A stretch of DNA of 64,000 nt. It comes from Chrysomallon squamiferum (Eukaryota; Animalia; Mollusca). Numbering within the stretch: the stretch's first letter is position 1; every line of letters begins with the position of its first letter. Shown here piece by piece: positions 15,225 to 27,752 of this stretch. The DNA lies in NCBI GenBank assembly GCA_012295275.1, contig CM022677.1:23188001-23252000 (forward strand), read 5' to 3'. The position numbers and the translations under genes were made by a program. The notes beneath the pieces were generated by a model. That model was not told the origin of the DNA, ran no database searches, and saw only the letters and a list, made by a program, of their open reading frames with translations.

Positions 15225-15520
15225 CTCTATTTAAAATAAAAAGAGTTGTGTGTAAGTGTGAGACACTGTTTAAGATGAAGAGAGTTGTGTGTAAGTGTGA
15301 GACACTATTTAAAATAAAAAGAGTTGTGTGTAAGTGTGAGGCACTGTTTAAAATAAAAAAGAGTTGTAAGTGTGAGATACTGTTTAAGATAAAGAGAGTT
15401 GTGTGTAAGTGTGAGACACTGTTTAAGATAAAGAGAGTTGTGTGTAAGTGTGAGACACTGTTTAAGATAAAGAGAGTTGTGTGTAAGTGTGAGACACTGT
15501 TTAAGATAAAGAAAGTTAGG
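15225..15520. repeat. 39-bp minisatellite (TTTAAGATAAAGAGAGTTGTGTGTAAGTGTGAGACACTG), about 7.5 copies
   Basis: Tandem copies are seen directly. They explain the 13-aa periodic ORFs on both strands. Confidence 0.95.
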
Positions 15521-17435
15521 TGTAAAGAGAGAACAAACAAGCGCACTCTGAATTATTATTAATAATTGTTATTTTGCTGATGTGGTATTATTATAAATAA
15601 CATTATCTCATCATCATCATTTTTATTTATCATCATCGCCCATCGTTTTATTGCAATCATGTGCAAATCAAAGACCATGTTACTGAAATCAGTGATGACA
15701 AGAAACAGCTATTTATTGTGAAGTAGCATGCAAGGACGATTATCTGTGAAGAACGTTCTGGAACAAGTAAATCTCAGTTTGTTAAAAGTAACGGCTAGCC
15801 TGGGGCGTGGTAGTTTGACGGATCAATTCACATCGCTGTTATCCATTATGGCTATTTTCCGTTCCGGCTATTGTCATGTCACCAGTTTACTCCTGACACT
15901 GGGTAAGGCGTCACAAATATTCCTTGCAGCTAATCGATAAGAGTCGTTTCACCTTTCGGCTGATTAAAAGAATTGTGTTATCGCTTCAGGCTGTTTTGTG
16001 GTTTTTGCTCGATATGAAGAGATCTGATAATAATCAATTTCTCTATCGTCGGATATTGAATTTCAAACATTTGATAAGTGAGACCTAATTAGAAGAAATA
16101 TGCTACACTGTTTCCATGTACAGAAACGATTTCTTTTTAACGCACCACTCCGAGAAAAGAAACAAACAAACACACGTACCGAACACTTGTTCTGCTCCAG
16201 AAATGCGGAAAATCTAGAAAATCGGCCACTTTTTGAATTATGTGCACTTTGTTTAGGGACTAGTACACCAGTCCACGTTTGTACAGATGACCATTAAATT
16301 ATTAATTGCTTCGGTTTAACTGATTTTCATTCATTATCATATCCCCAAAGACAAACAGAAACTGAGAAAAGAGTATTCTTTAGAGGTATTTGTAAGTTGA
16401 TTAATTTGTACCCGTTTCATTCTTCTTCTTTCCATTTTTTTTTTTTTTTTTTTTTTTTTCTCTTTACTAGTTTGTCAAAATGGTAAATCGACATAATTCT
16501 AATTAATATTTTTTTATATTAATAACTGTCGAATTTCTTGTATATTGTTGAGCTCTTTGGTTAAAGGTCTAAAAATGGAAATGAAATGTTTAGTAATGAA
16601 TCTTGTAATGTCGAACACAGTAACAAACAACACTTCTGACAATAGTATTTATTTACACAACAGCAACAGAACAAATACAGCGTCATTTTATCTATCCACA
16701 ATTATTTTTCTTATCGTAATTGTCAACCAGTAATTTCCAAGTTAATGGTAATGTTCTCTGAATTATACATAATGACTTTAAGATCAAACCAACTTCATTA
16801 TGGAAATATGCAGATAAGCTGGGGGTTTTGTTGTTATTTTTATTAATCAACCATAAATAATTAAATATTTGCATAAATATTAAACAAAAATTTCAGAATC
16901 CAGTATAATTATAACAATATGGTTATTCATTTCTCATTTCCCTTTTTCCACGTGGTTCAACCAAAAAAAAATAAAAAATAAAAAATAAATAAATAAATCA
17001 TCAACTAGTTTATAATTAATTTCTGTAAATACTGAAATTATCATTATTGTTATGAAGTTTTAAAAAAGTATTTTATTGTTATTTATAAGTTTAAAAGTTT
17101 AAAATTAATAAGAATTGAAGAAATGAGTAAATTCGTTCATAACAACTGGATTGTTTCCCTGTATTTTATGAAGAATACTAAAGGGCGGTAACTCTGTAAG
17201 AACTGTGACACAAAGTTATTAAAGCAACAGTAGCTACCAGTAATATTAAACAAATCAGTTCATTGCTCATAAACTAATAAAAATCATTTTAAATTATACT
17301 GGATATTTTGGGAAGTTTTAATTTATGTAAATATTAATATTATTTATTTATTCATTTTACTGTGAAAAGTTTGAACAAAAACAATAAACAAATCAGAAGA
17401 AAAAGTACTGGTAACAACAACTAAAAATTATACTG

Positions 17436-17488
<53 letters not shown>

Positions 17489-18161
17489 TAATATTCACAT
17501 CATCATAATGATGAGTAACAGAATATTAATACAGTAAATTCACAGTGTAACACTGTAACATTCATTTTAACAGTAATTAATAAAAAATAAAACAATGACA
17601 ATACAATTCTTGCAACATTTTAAAAACCTCTTAGTCTTCTTTTAAACTGTTTTGTAATTCCATAATTCAGTTTAAATTCACACATGCCTTACCAACTTAT
17701 ACGCTTTTTGATATGATACAGAAAGTCTTAACAAGAATAGAGAAATGTTTTATACAAACAGATGAAAAATTATTGAACTGAGGGAGTCTGAAGATGAACA
17801 GTTGAATGAATAGTTAATAGAGACTTCAGAACAAAATGATGATCAGCTATTAAATTTCAGACAAATAAATACTTTCATTGTGAACAGAGGATATGACCAG
17901 AGAAACTCAAATGGAGAAAGTCTTAATATTAATAGTTAATATGATTAGTTTACAGAAATATTTAATTATGATCTGTGAAATTTTTAAATTATAACATACA
18001 GAATTTTTTTTTAAGTTTTAATAATGATAGTTGAAGTCAAATTGTGAATAAAGAAAAGTCTTAAGATGAATAAAGAAAATTTTAATGTGAACAGAGTATC
18101 ACAATATGACCAGAGAAGCCTTAATATGAATGTGATTTGTTTTTCCTGTGATGATATTGCA

Positions 18162-20995
18162 CTAGAACTTGAGGTTTCCTATGGAAGGCAGGTCAGGAAG
18201 TTTAATGTCTTTTATTTTCTGTGGAATGTTCATCTCCTTCATTGCAGATACTGCCCTTGCTGGAGCTGCAGCAATACCAGCCTGGAACAAATAAAACAGA
18301 AACATGATGAAAATCAAACACAGAAACATGATGCATATCAAACAAAACAGTAATACGATGAGTATCAAACACAGTAACAAACAAAACAGTAACATGATGA
18401 GTATCAAACACAGAAACAAACAAAACAGTAACATGATGAATAACTGAGAAACAAATAAAAACAGTAACATGATGAGTATCAAACACAGAAACAAATAAAA
18501 AACAGTAACATGCAAGGAATATAAACAAATTAGAAGCAGGGTTTAAACGTATAAATAAATGAAAGAATAAAGACACTAAAGAAGATAGATGTGCACACTC
18601 ACAATATCTATAAATACAACAAAAATTAAAGAAATTTCAACAGCAAAATATATATATATATATACATGAATTATAAATGAATTATTTAATTTTATATTAA
18701 CACATTAATTTGAGAATTAAATAAAGATTTCTGCAATATAGAATAAATTTACAAAAAACAAGTCTAAATAAAACTTACATTAGAAATTTCAACTAAGTTA
18801 AAATGCTTAATAAAACTTCAATTTAAAAAAATTCAAAAACAAAATAAATTTATCTTTTTAAAAGTAATTCTCGACCTTCTATTATCAAATTAAACAATCA
18901 GCTTCAAGAAGAAAGTAAATTACTGACCTCTTGTTTTTCTAATTTATTCTGCTCCTCTATTCGGGTGAGAATTTCTGTCATGTTAGTTTCTAAAACCATT
19001 CCCCCCATCACCAGCTCAGACAGAATGTAGTGGACCTGCAAAACAGAACACAGTCAAAAACCACAGAATGTAGTGAATTGCAAAATACCACAGAATACAG
19101 TGAACTTTTCAAAAACCACAGAATGTAGTGAACTGCAAAATACCATAGAATACAGTGAACTTTTCAAAAACTACAGAATGTAGTGAACTAAAAATAGAAT
19201 ACAGTGAACTTTTCAAAAACCACAGAATGTAGTGAACTAAAAAATAGAATATAGTGAACTTTTCAAAAACCACAGAATGTAGTGAATTGCAAAATAGAAT
19301 ATAGTGAACTTTTCAAAAACCACAGAATATAGTGAACTTTTCAAAAACTACAGAATGTAGTGAACTGCAAAATACCACAGAATGTAGTGAACTGAAAAAC
19401 AGAATACAGTGAACTTTTCAAAAACCACAGAATATAGTGAACTTTTCAAAAACCACAGAATGTAGTGAACTGAAAAACAGAATACAGTGAACTTTTCAAA
19501 AACCACAGAATACAGTGAACTTTTCAAAAACAACAGAATGTAGTGAACTGCAAAATACCACAGAATACAGTGAACTTTTCAAAAACCACAGAATGTAGTG
19601 AACTGAAAAATAGAATACAGTGAACTTTTCAAAAACCACAGAATGTAGTGAACTTTTCAAAAACCACAGAATACAGTGAACTTTTCAAAAACCACAGAAT
19701 GTAGTGAACTTTTCAAAAACCACAGAATGTAGTGAACTTTTCAAAAACCACAGAATGTAGTGAACTGCAAAATACCACAGAATACAGTGAACTTTTCAAA
19801 ATACCAATGTAGTGAGAATACAGTGTAACTTTTTTTTCAAAAAACTGAAGAATGTAGTGAACTTTTCAAAAAACCACAGAATGCAGTGAACTTTTCAAAA
19901 ACCACAGAATGTAGTGAACTGCAAAATGAATACAGTTTTTCAAAAACAGAATGTACAGAATGCAGTGAACTTTTTCAAAACTGCACAGAATGCAGTGAAC
20001 TTTTCAAAAACCACAGAATGTAGTGAACTTTTCAAAAACCACAGAATGCAGTGAACTTTTCAAAAACCACAGAATGCAGTGAACTTTTCAAAAACAACAG
20101 AATATAGTGGACTGCAAAATACCACAGAGTACAGTGAAATTTTCAAAAACCACAGAATATAGTGGACTGCAAAATACCACAGAATGTATTGAATTTTTAC
20201 ATTATTTGTTTATACAAGTTTACCTTATCAACATGGAAAATCAGATCAAGTTCACAGACATTTTCAAAACATTTGTCTAGTGTCTCGACAAAAACCTGAA
20301 ATACACAAAAAATAAATAAATAAATAAACAATTTAATTCAGCTAATTATAGGTATTTCACTGCCTAACATTTTCACAATGAATATAACAGAATTTTGTAA
20401 GAAGGCTGAGATATTTTCAATTATATTATTTCTTAAAATCAAGAAATGTAGAGGATATTGCATATTGGCAGATTATTTCTATCATTTTGGTTCTTTTTTT
20501 GTTGTTGATATATTCATATTTAACCTGTTAACAAAGATAATTTAAAAATAAAAATTAAAAAGCTGTCAATTTAACAATTAAATTCAACTGTACCTTTTAC
20601 TAACTGCAAACCAGAAATAATAACTTGAATTTACAAAATGTATTTGCATTCTGCAGTTATACTTCCCCAAGAGGAAACTGAATATACAACATTATTATTC
20701 TTATTATTAGTTACTTTCAAATAAACAAACTAAGTGATAGTAATATAAAAGAATTGTTCAAAACGTACCTGTATCAAGTCAAGAATTCCTAGTTCACTTT
20801 CTGAAGAGTCGACACAGAAAACAAAATACAACGTAGCATAATGTCGATAAATAAGCTTGTAGTCTGCACCTCCAATCAAACTGAAAATAATCATTATCTG
20901 CATTTTGGAAAGTTATTTTATAAAGTGTCCATAAAGTGAAAGATATTAAACTGATTCTAATATTAAATTTAATCGGAGACCTGCACACGAACACA

Positions 20996-21029
<34 letters not shown>

Positions 21030-22697
21030 TCTATTAAAAATAAACAAAAATCAAACGAAATTATAATTTATATTCAGAGAACATTTTGTTTTCCTTATTT
21101 TATTTCACAATTAAATTGTAAAAAGAAGGTTACTGAAACTATGCAGTCTTTAATACTAATCTCTGGAACTGACACAGCAGCATTCTGTAAATTACGGCTT
21201 TCTTTAAATTTATTATTTTATTTTCATACCATTTATTCAGAAAAAAAAAAAAAAAAACATTAAAATTAAATAATATTAGAAACCACATACGTGCCACCCT
21301 CCAGGAAGTTGCAAACATTTTCATCTCTCTTGGAAACAAGGTGAAAGGTTTCTCGGATTATTTGTTGTTGAATATCCTCAGGCTGTTAAATGAAAAAGAA
21401 ATTAAATACGTTTTATTGTTGTTGTTATTGTTATTGTTATTATTATTTTTTGTTGCACTGGTATTAATATCGTCCTAATAAGTTCATGCTTAGTTATATA
21501 TCAAGTTGAAGTCTTGTGGATTTATCTTTTAATAATGGTCTTACTTTACTGTTTTCAAACACATTTATTCCAGAATGAATTAACATTGCTAGCTAATATC
21601 AGTTAGACAGTTCTTTAGATTTTCTTATCTAGTGTACTGTATTAAAACTAAAAACTAATAAATGCTTGTGAATTCTGGATAACCCATTCCATAACCAGTA
21701 CTCAAGACAACTAACACCCAAGATACAACTGGTATCCAAGACATCCCACTAAGACAACTGGTATCCAATGCAACTCATAGCCAGGACATCTCATATGTAA
21801 GAATTCCCTTATCCAAGACAACTCGTACCAAAGAAATCCCATACCAAGACAACTCGTACCAAAGAAATCCCATACCAAGACAGGTCTGAGACATCCCATA
21901 CACCCTACCCAAGACAATCAACCATACAGATGACATCTTGTAACCAAGACAACTCATATTCCATTCCCAAGATAACCATTTCCAAAACAATTAATGCACA
22001 AGACATCCAGTACCCAAACAACACATACTCATTTGTTAATGTACATAACAACAAATAAAATAATTGCCACCAAATAGCTCAATCTTTGGGGAGCCACCTC
22101 AACATAGAAATTAAGTTACATGACAAAATACTAAAATAATAAAATTAATTCTCAAAAATATAGATTTATACTCTAAGAATATGGATGATTATATTTTCCT
22201 CAATTTTTTTTATGACTTTGACTTTAATTTTTAGTTTGTAATTTATTAAAAGCTATAGTGATATATTACTAGTGATCAGATAAGGTTTGAAGTGCTGTGG
22301 TGCCATTATTTCTTTAAATTATGCACCTCTCTGTTACGCTTCTTTTTTTTATATTTCTTTTATTTTTATTTTATTTTTCTAACATGTCTACTTATATGTC
22401 CATTATTAGGTAGTTAATAAACTAGCCTTCATTTATAATACAATTTATTATCTGCAGCTATAAATAAACATCAATTTTGACGAATTGAATATAAATATGC
22501 TTTGTTGTGTCATTCTGGAAAAGCAAAATAATGCTGTATTTAACAATAATACATTGTTATGTAGTAAAAAAATCAAAAGCATATAAAAAGATGAATGCAA
22601 GAAATCTATGCACTTCATGTATACTGCTTCATATTATCATACAAAATGCTATTATTAATCTTAAATTTTATCTATAATAATCTACAGTTAATGAACT

Positions 22698-22786
<89 letters not shown>

Positions 22787-23032
22787 TACTCACATATACG
22801 GTTACATATATATAAAAAAACTATTTATATTTTAAAAATCACAAACGTTAAACTGTGGAATATACCACATTTGCTTATACCTGTCTCTTTACGGTGTTTA
22901 TCTACTCAGCGAACGTGAAAACATCCTCAATATGTAAATAAAAATTAATAATAAAATGCTTACGTAATGCTGATAAAATCTAGACATTCTTGGCTTCCCA
23001 TGATTGTTGAAAACTAAAATTGCCTTAATCAT
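18162..23032 (-). CDS. AP3S1: AP-3 adaptor complex subunit sigma (sigma-3), 6 coding exons, 190 aa
   Basis: Minus-strand exons, all GT-AG and phase-consistent (573 nt total): 23032-22964 MIKAILVFNNHGKPRMSRFYQHY; 21382-21291 PEDIQQQIIRETFHLVSKRDENVCNFLEGG; 20880-20769 LIGGADYKLIYRHYATLYFVFCVDSSESELGILDLIQ; 20295-20224 VFVETLDKCFENVCELDLIFHVDK; 19035-18928 VHYILSELVMGGMVLETNMTEILTRIEEQNKLEKQE; 18281-18162 AGIAAAPARAVSAMKEMNIPQKIKDIKLPDLPSIGNLKF*. The protein is recognisably the AP3S1/AP3S2 family, probably a single invertebrate co-ortholog. Confidence 0.96.
18285..18515. repeat. Minisatellite (about 39-40 bp, AAACAGTAACATGATGAGTATCAAACACAGAAACAAACA) in AP3S intron 5
   Basis: About 5-6 degenerate tandem copies directly abutting the acceptor of the last coding exon. 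Confidence 0.85.
19040..20190. repeat. Minisatellite filling AP3S intron 4 (about 27-28-bp units: CCACAGAATGTAGTGAACTGCAAAATA / CCACAGAATACAGTGAACTTTTCAAAAA)
   Basis: Roughly 40 head-to-tail copies of two interleaved unit variants are visible directly. The array is more irregular at about 19800-19990. Confidence 0.95.
21690..22025. repeat. Degenerate CCAAGACAACT(C/G)GTA-based repeat array in AP3S intron 1, possibly a remnant of a non-autonomous element
   Basis: Recurrent CCAAGACA cores, including two exact 31-bp copies (CCAAGACAACTCGTACCAAAGAAATCCCATA) at about 21813-21878. No termini were identified. Confidence 0.7.
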
Positions 23033-23511
23033 AGCGACATATGGAAAACTAAATTTGTCTTTTGAAAATAAACATCCAAATCGTAATTAATAATGTGTCC
23101 GTGTCAAGGGGGAGTTCTTTGCTAACTTCCTCTCAGGAGGACATAACTCTAAATTCGAAATATATTTACATTAAAATACCGCACTTTTAAATTGCGGTTT
23201 TGAATCTACTATTAACCTGCCAATCGGATTTTTCAGCTTCTGTTTTCATCCAGATAAACAAATAAATATATAAATAAATAAATGCAAATTAAATAAAAGT
23301 TTAAAAATAAAATACTGAAAATGATTAGAAAATAATATTTATTTATTTATTTATTTATTTGTTTGTTTGTTTGTTTGTTTGTTTGTGTATTTATTTTCTT
23401 TTTATCTTTTTAAAGCAGTATTATTTTAATTTTGCTCGGTTTTTTCCTTAATTAATTTCCACTGATTAAGACAGAAAGAGGAAGATCTATGTATGCGAAT
23501 GTTTCTCTAAC

Positions 23512-23588
<77 letters not shown>

Positions 23589-23727
23589 TGTTCCACATCA
23601 ATACTACAATTAAAAGCAGAAAATGTAATAGCTGTTTGCAATGGTTTGCGTTTTTATTAGCATTGATTTTTTAAAATGTTTATTATTAGCATTGTTTTTA
23701 TTTCTTTTATTCAAGTTCTTTTTTTTT

Positions 23728-23783
<56 letters not shown>

Positions 23784-24239
23784 CAGGTAATATTATTTTA
23801 TTTCAGTTTTAGATCGAATTTTTTTTTTTTTTTATAAATAAGGACAACAATAAATAAATAAATAAATAATCGATCGTTTTTTAAACAGAAAGCAAACAAT
23901 AGTAAATGTCGTGGTCTTTTTTTTTTTTTTTTTTTTTTTTTTTGCTACAAATTAGAAAAGTAAATGAAAGAAAATCACAAGTCACTTCAGATTACTTTAT
24001 TATTATATTAATCAAAAATCAAAAAACCCCAACTATTTAAAGGTTACAAACAATAAACATGAATGAAAAAGGTAATATAAATTATAACATATAACTAGAT
24101 TACAACAGCGCACAAAATAATAATAAGCAATTTCAAATAATTAGTAAAATAATGGACAATACAAAATAAGGACTAAATAAAATTAAACAAATCACAATTT
24201 GTCATAATACTGAATTTTATTATCATTATTATGATTATG

Positions 24240-24295
<56 letters not shown>

Positions 24296-24450
24296 AAATA
24301 ATTAAAAACTAGCCCTTTAGTTCATAAGGATTTTTCCATTAATAAATATTCATTATAATTTCATTATTTATTTATTTTTTATCTTTAATATACTTAATAT
24401 AATTTATTTATTTCCTTTAGTATTACATAATAAATACTTAAAGGATAACT

Positions 24451-24500
<50 letters not shown>

Positions 24501-25112
24501 GCAGTTAGTGATAAACTGTTACAAATAAGGTAAACCATCGTATATTTGAATAAAACTTAACAACTATAATTTAAAAGTTAAGTAATATATAAAAGATAAT
24601 ATAAATTATGACAGAAAAATAAAAGTAATAATAATAAAAAAAATGAAAAGAAGAAGGATTATTTATAAGAATTAAATAAGAAAAGTAAAATGACGTAGTT
24701 CCGTTTGTGGTACTTCCCTCCCTTTATTTGATTTTCCCGATTATTCGAAATAGGTATTCATTACTTTTTTTTTTTTTTTTTTTTCTCATTCTTTCTTTGT
24801 TTATTTCTTTTCCGTTACACCCTTTTCTTCGCATTGTACGCGATAACAGCAGATATATAAAATCACTCGCTATTTTAATTTGTATGTATAATTCAAACAG
24901 TGTAAGCAATAGATAATAATAAGCAATAACACAAATAATATTGTTAATACATTAAGATTATCACATTAAAAAATCTAATCACAGACAGATTTTTAACCAT
25001 TTAAGCCATATTGAGATAAATTATAGCACGTTTTCACTAATTAAAAGTTCACGATGTCGTTCATTGTGACGTCCAAACTGCGGCAAACCACAACATGTCT
25101 TGATTTCCATGT

Positions 25113-25332
25113 TTACATTGGTTCTCCCTGTAAGTAAAAAAATAGGTAACAAATTATTATTATTATTTTTTTATAGTGTACAAATTACCTAATTATGTTT
25201 TGGTGCATGTTTTCCTTATGTTACTGTTGAACATTTGGTAATATGAACATAACTGTCTGTGTACGTATTTGATATCTAAATATTATTTTTAAAATTCATC
25301 AACATCATCATCGTTATTTATAAGACTTATTA

Positions 25333-25384
<52 letters not shown>

Positions 25385-26290
25385 TTAATAATAATAATAA
25401 TAATAATCAAAATAGCTGTCGCATTTATTTATTTATTTATTTTGTTTATTATATTACTGTTGTTGTTGTCATTCATATTATTATTATTATTATTATTATT
25501 TACAATACTCACGCTTTCAGTCTTTGCTCCATATTTGCTCCAGAGAGTGAGTTTACACGTGGTTACGTGACCAGTTTGTTCATCAAAGCATTTCGCCTCA
25601 GAATACGGTGGAGAATAAAGATGAAGGGTGATGGCCTGTTCCACGTGACTTGGGTTGGAGACTCGATGCAGCCCAATTTTATCTACAATGAAATATTTTA
25701 ATTTATTTTCAGTTTAAAAAAAGAACCAACCTCCACAAAAAAAAAAAAAAAAAAAAATTACAAAAAAACAACCAACTCCTCAAAAACACAAGTTTTATAT
25801 ATATATATATATTGAAAGAGAAAATTATAATTATTTAAATATGATAATAAAAATTAATTATATTTTTACATAAAACGTTTTATAAATTACATCAACAAAT
25901 TTTAGTTTCAAGGAATAATTATTTTAACTGAAATAATACTCTTTAACCCTGTATTAAGATATTTCAAATATACAAACAACAACATCGACAACAACAACAA
26001 TAACAAAATAATAATAATGATGAGTAATAACGATAACAGTATTTACCATGGATATAAGCACACTGTTCTTTAACATGTTCGTTTTCCGACTTCTTCTTCA
26101 TTGGCGCTTCTTGTTTCGGGTCATCTGGCCAGTCAAATCTCTCTTCCAAAATGGAACCGGAAAGAACCTTCATAAAACAGTGCGAGTTGGCATGCGCGTG
26201 AATCGTGCTGCCCTGGTTCAGGTTCCAGCAGAGAACGAGAAGGTTGTATTTACCATTCCCTTCGTCCACCAGATTGCGTGTATATCTGAA

Positions 26291-26326
<36 letters not shown>

Positions 26327-26403
26327 CACATCAACAACAAACAGCAACAATAGTAACAATCATACTATAACACTGTTAATGTAATGAGGATGACGATGAT
26401 GAA

Positions 26404-26450
<47 letters not shown>

Positions 26451-27083
26451 TAATAATATTTACAAGAAGGACGAGATGAAAGAAATCGAATTATGAAGTA
26501 AGAATAAACATATTTTGATAATTCAGCAAATAAATAACAAAATGTTTGTTTATGAAATCGCTATTTATTCACTGACACGCTCAAAAAAAAAAAAAAAATA
26601 ATATAATATAATGTTATTAGCAGTATAAAGGGACAAGCATATATAGTATTAGAAAGTACTTTACTAGTAAAAAAAATATATATATTGAAATAATAATACC
26701 ACAAAAAAAATGAAAGAAAAAAAAAAAATTATTTCAGAGATGAGATAATGATTGACGGCTAAACATTAAAAAAAATAAAATAAATAAATAATGTGTTTAT
26801 GAATCTATTATTTTATGAATAATAATAATAAAAAAAAAAATAATAATAATAATAATAATTAAAAAAAAACTTACTTGTGTGGGTCAAAATTACTATATTT
26901 CTTCCAGTCTTCCACGTTACTTTTGTAGGACTCCATAAGCGCAGTGACGTATTCAACGTTGACATTGTCGCTGGCAAAAATTTTCCTCAACTCTTTGATC
27001 AGCTCATCCAAGGACGCCGGCGGGATGATTTTAGAGACGTCGTCGTATCTCTTCGCGTCGCAACAGCAGGTTTCACACGACAT
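25113..27083 (-). CDS. CDO1: Cysteine dioxygenase type 1, paralog A (4 coding exons, 210 aa)
   Basis: Minus-strand exons: 27083-26875 (209 nt, MSCETCCC...FDPHK), 26285-26047 (239 nt, [20 protein letters not shown]...[10 protein letters not shown]...CAYIH), 25682-25513 (170 nt, [10 protein letters not shown]...[10 protein letters not shown]...KYGAKTES), 25127-25113 (GEPM*). The 3-His iron site (HxH...H), YTRN Arg, cross-link Cys and HLY Tyr of CDO are present. The short last exon is the least certain. Confidence 0.93.
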
Positions 27084-27194
27084 CGTTTACTGCAATTTAT
27101 CAGTCAGTAAGAAACTATTCGTAGCAGATTTTCTGTGGTGTGTGTTGCGTTCTGGTTCTTTGTGGCGAATGAAGGTATTTTGTATAACACCTCA

Positions 27195-27202
27195 TTTTTA
27201 TA
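27195..27202 (-). promoter_or_regulatory. TATA box of CDO-A
   Basis: TATAAAAA on the minus strand about 115 nt upstream of the CDO-A ATG, followed by a stretch compatible with a roughly 90-nt 5' UTR. Confidence 0.5.
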
Positions 27203-27312
27203 CTCAGTATTTGTACGCGACACCTATCAGTACTGCTAAAAATATCATTTCCGAAGAAACGAAAATTCCCAGAACTGAAATTAAAATGAGCAAATCAAGT
27301 ACGAGGAAGTAA

Positions 27313-27343
<31 letters not shown>

Positions 27344-27472
27344 GGAAAATTATCATAATGTTTTAATTATTTATGAGTCACCCGAAATTAAATTAGTTTA
27401 ATTTGAACAACAATTTAATCTTTCGTATATCTATATAATCTTTTTTTTTTCTTTTTTTGTTTGAAACATTAC

Positions 27473-27652
27473 TGCTGAACCGGATACTGAGTAGAATGTG
27501 CATGTAATAAATTACAGGTCTAACAGAACGTATACTCAGATCACGTGAAAAAAATTATAAATGACTATAACTGCAAATTAAACTTTGCGAAACCCTAAAG
27601 TAGGGGAAACCTGTGGAAAGCTTATTTAAATACCAGAGCGAGACATTCATAA
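27473..27652 (+). repeat. Copy 1 of a degenerate direct duplication upstream of CDO-A (copy 2 at about 29338-29535)
   Basis: Collinear shared blocks TGCTGAACCG.ATACTGAGTAGAATGTGCAT, TAAATTACAGG, GCGAAACCCTAAA and AGCT.ATTT.AATACCAGAG.GAGAC. Confidence 0.8.
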
Positions 27653-27673
27653 TATTCTATTAGTAAAATAACT

Positions 27674-27752
<79 letters not shown>

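Noticed and set aside
15190-15562. Repetitive ORFs on both strands (FKIKRVVCKCETL)n and (LNSVSHLHTTLFI)n
   Set aside because: They are a by-product of a stop-free 39-bp (3n) minisatellite. A unit with a deletion breaks the periodicity, and there is no gene context.
19040-20190. CRISPR-like array of about 28-bp repeats
   Set aside because: The units are head-to-tail with no unique spacers, there are no cas genes, and the array sits in a eukaryotic intron.
23718-23792. Long poly-T followed by CAGGTAAT as a recursive splice site or retrocopy tail
   Set aside because: It is on the strand opposite to both flanking genes, with no TSD or retro-element body. Homopolymer runs are ubiquitous here.
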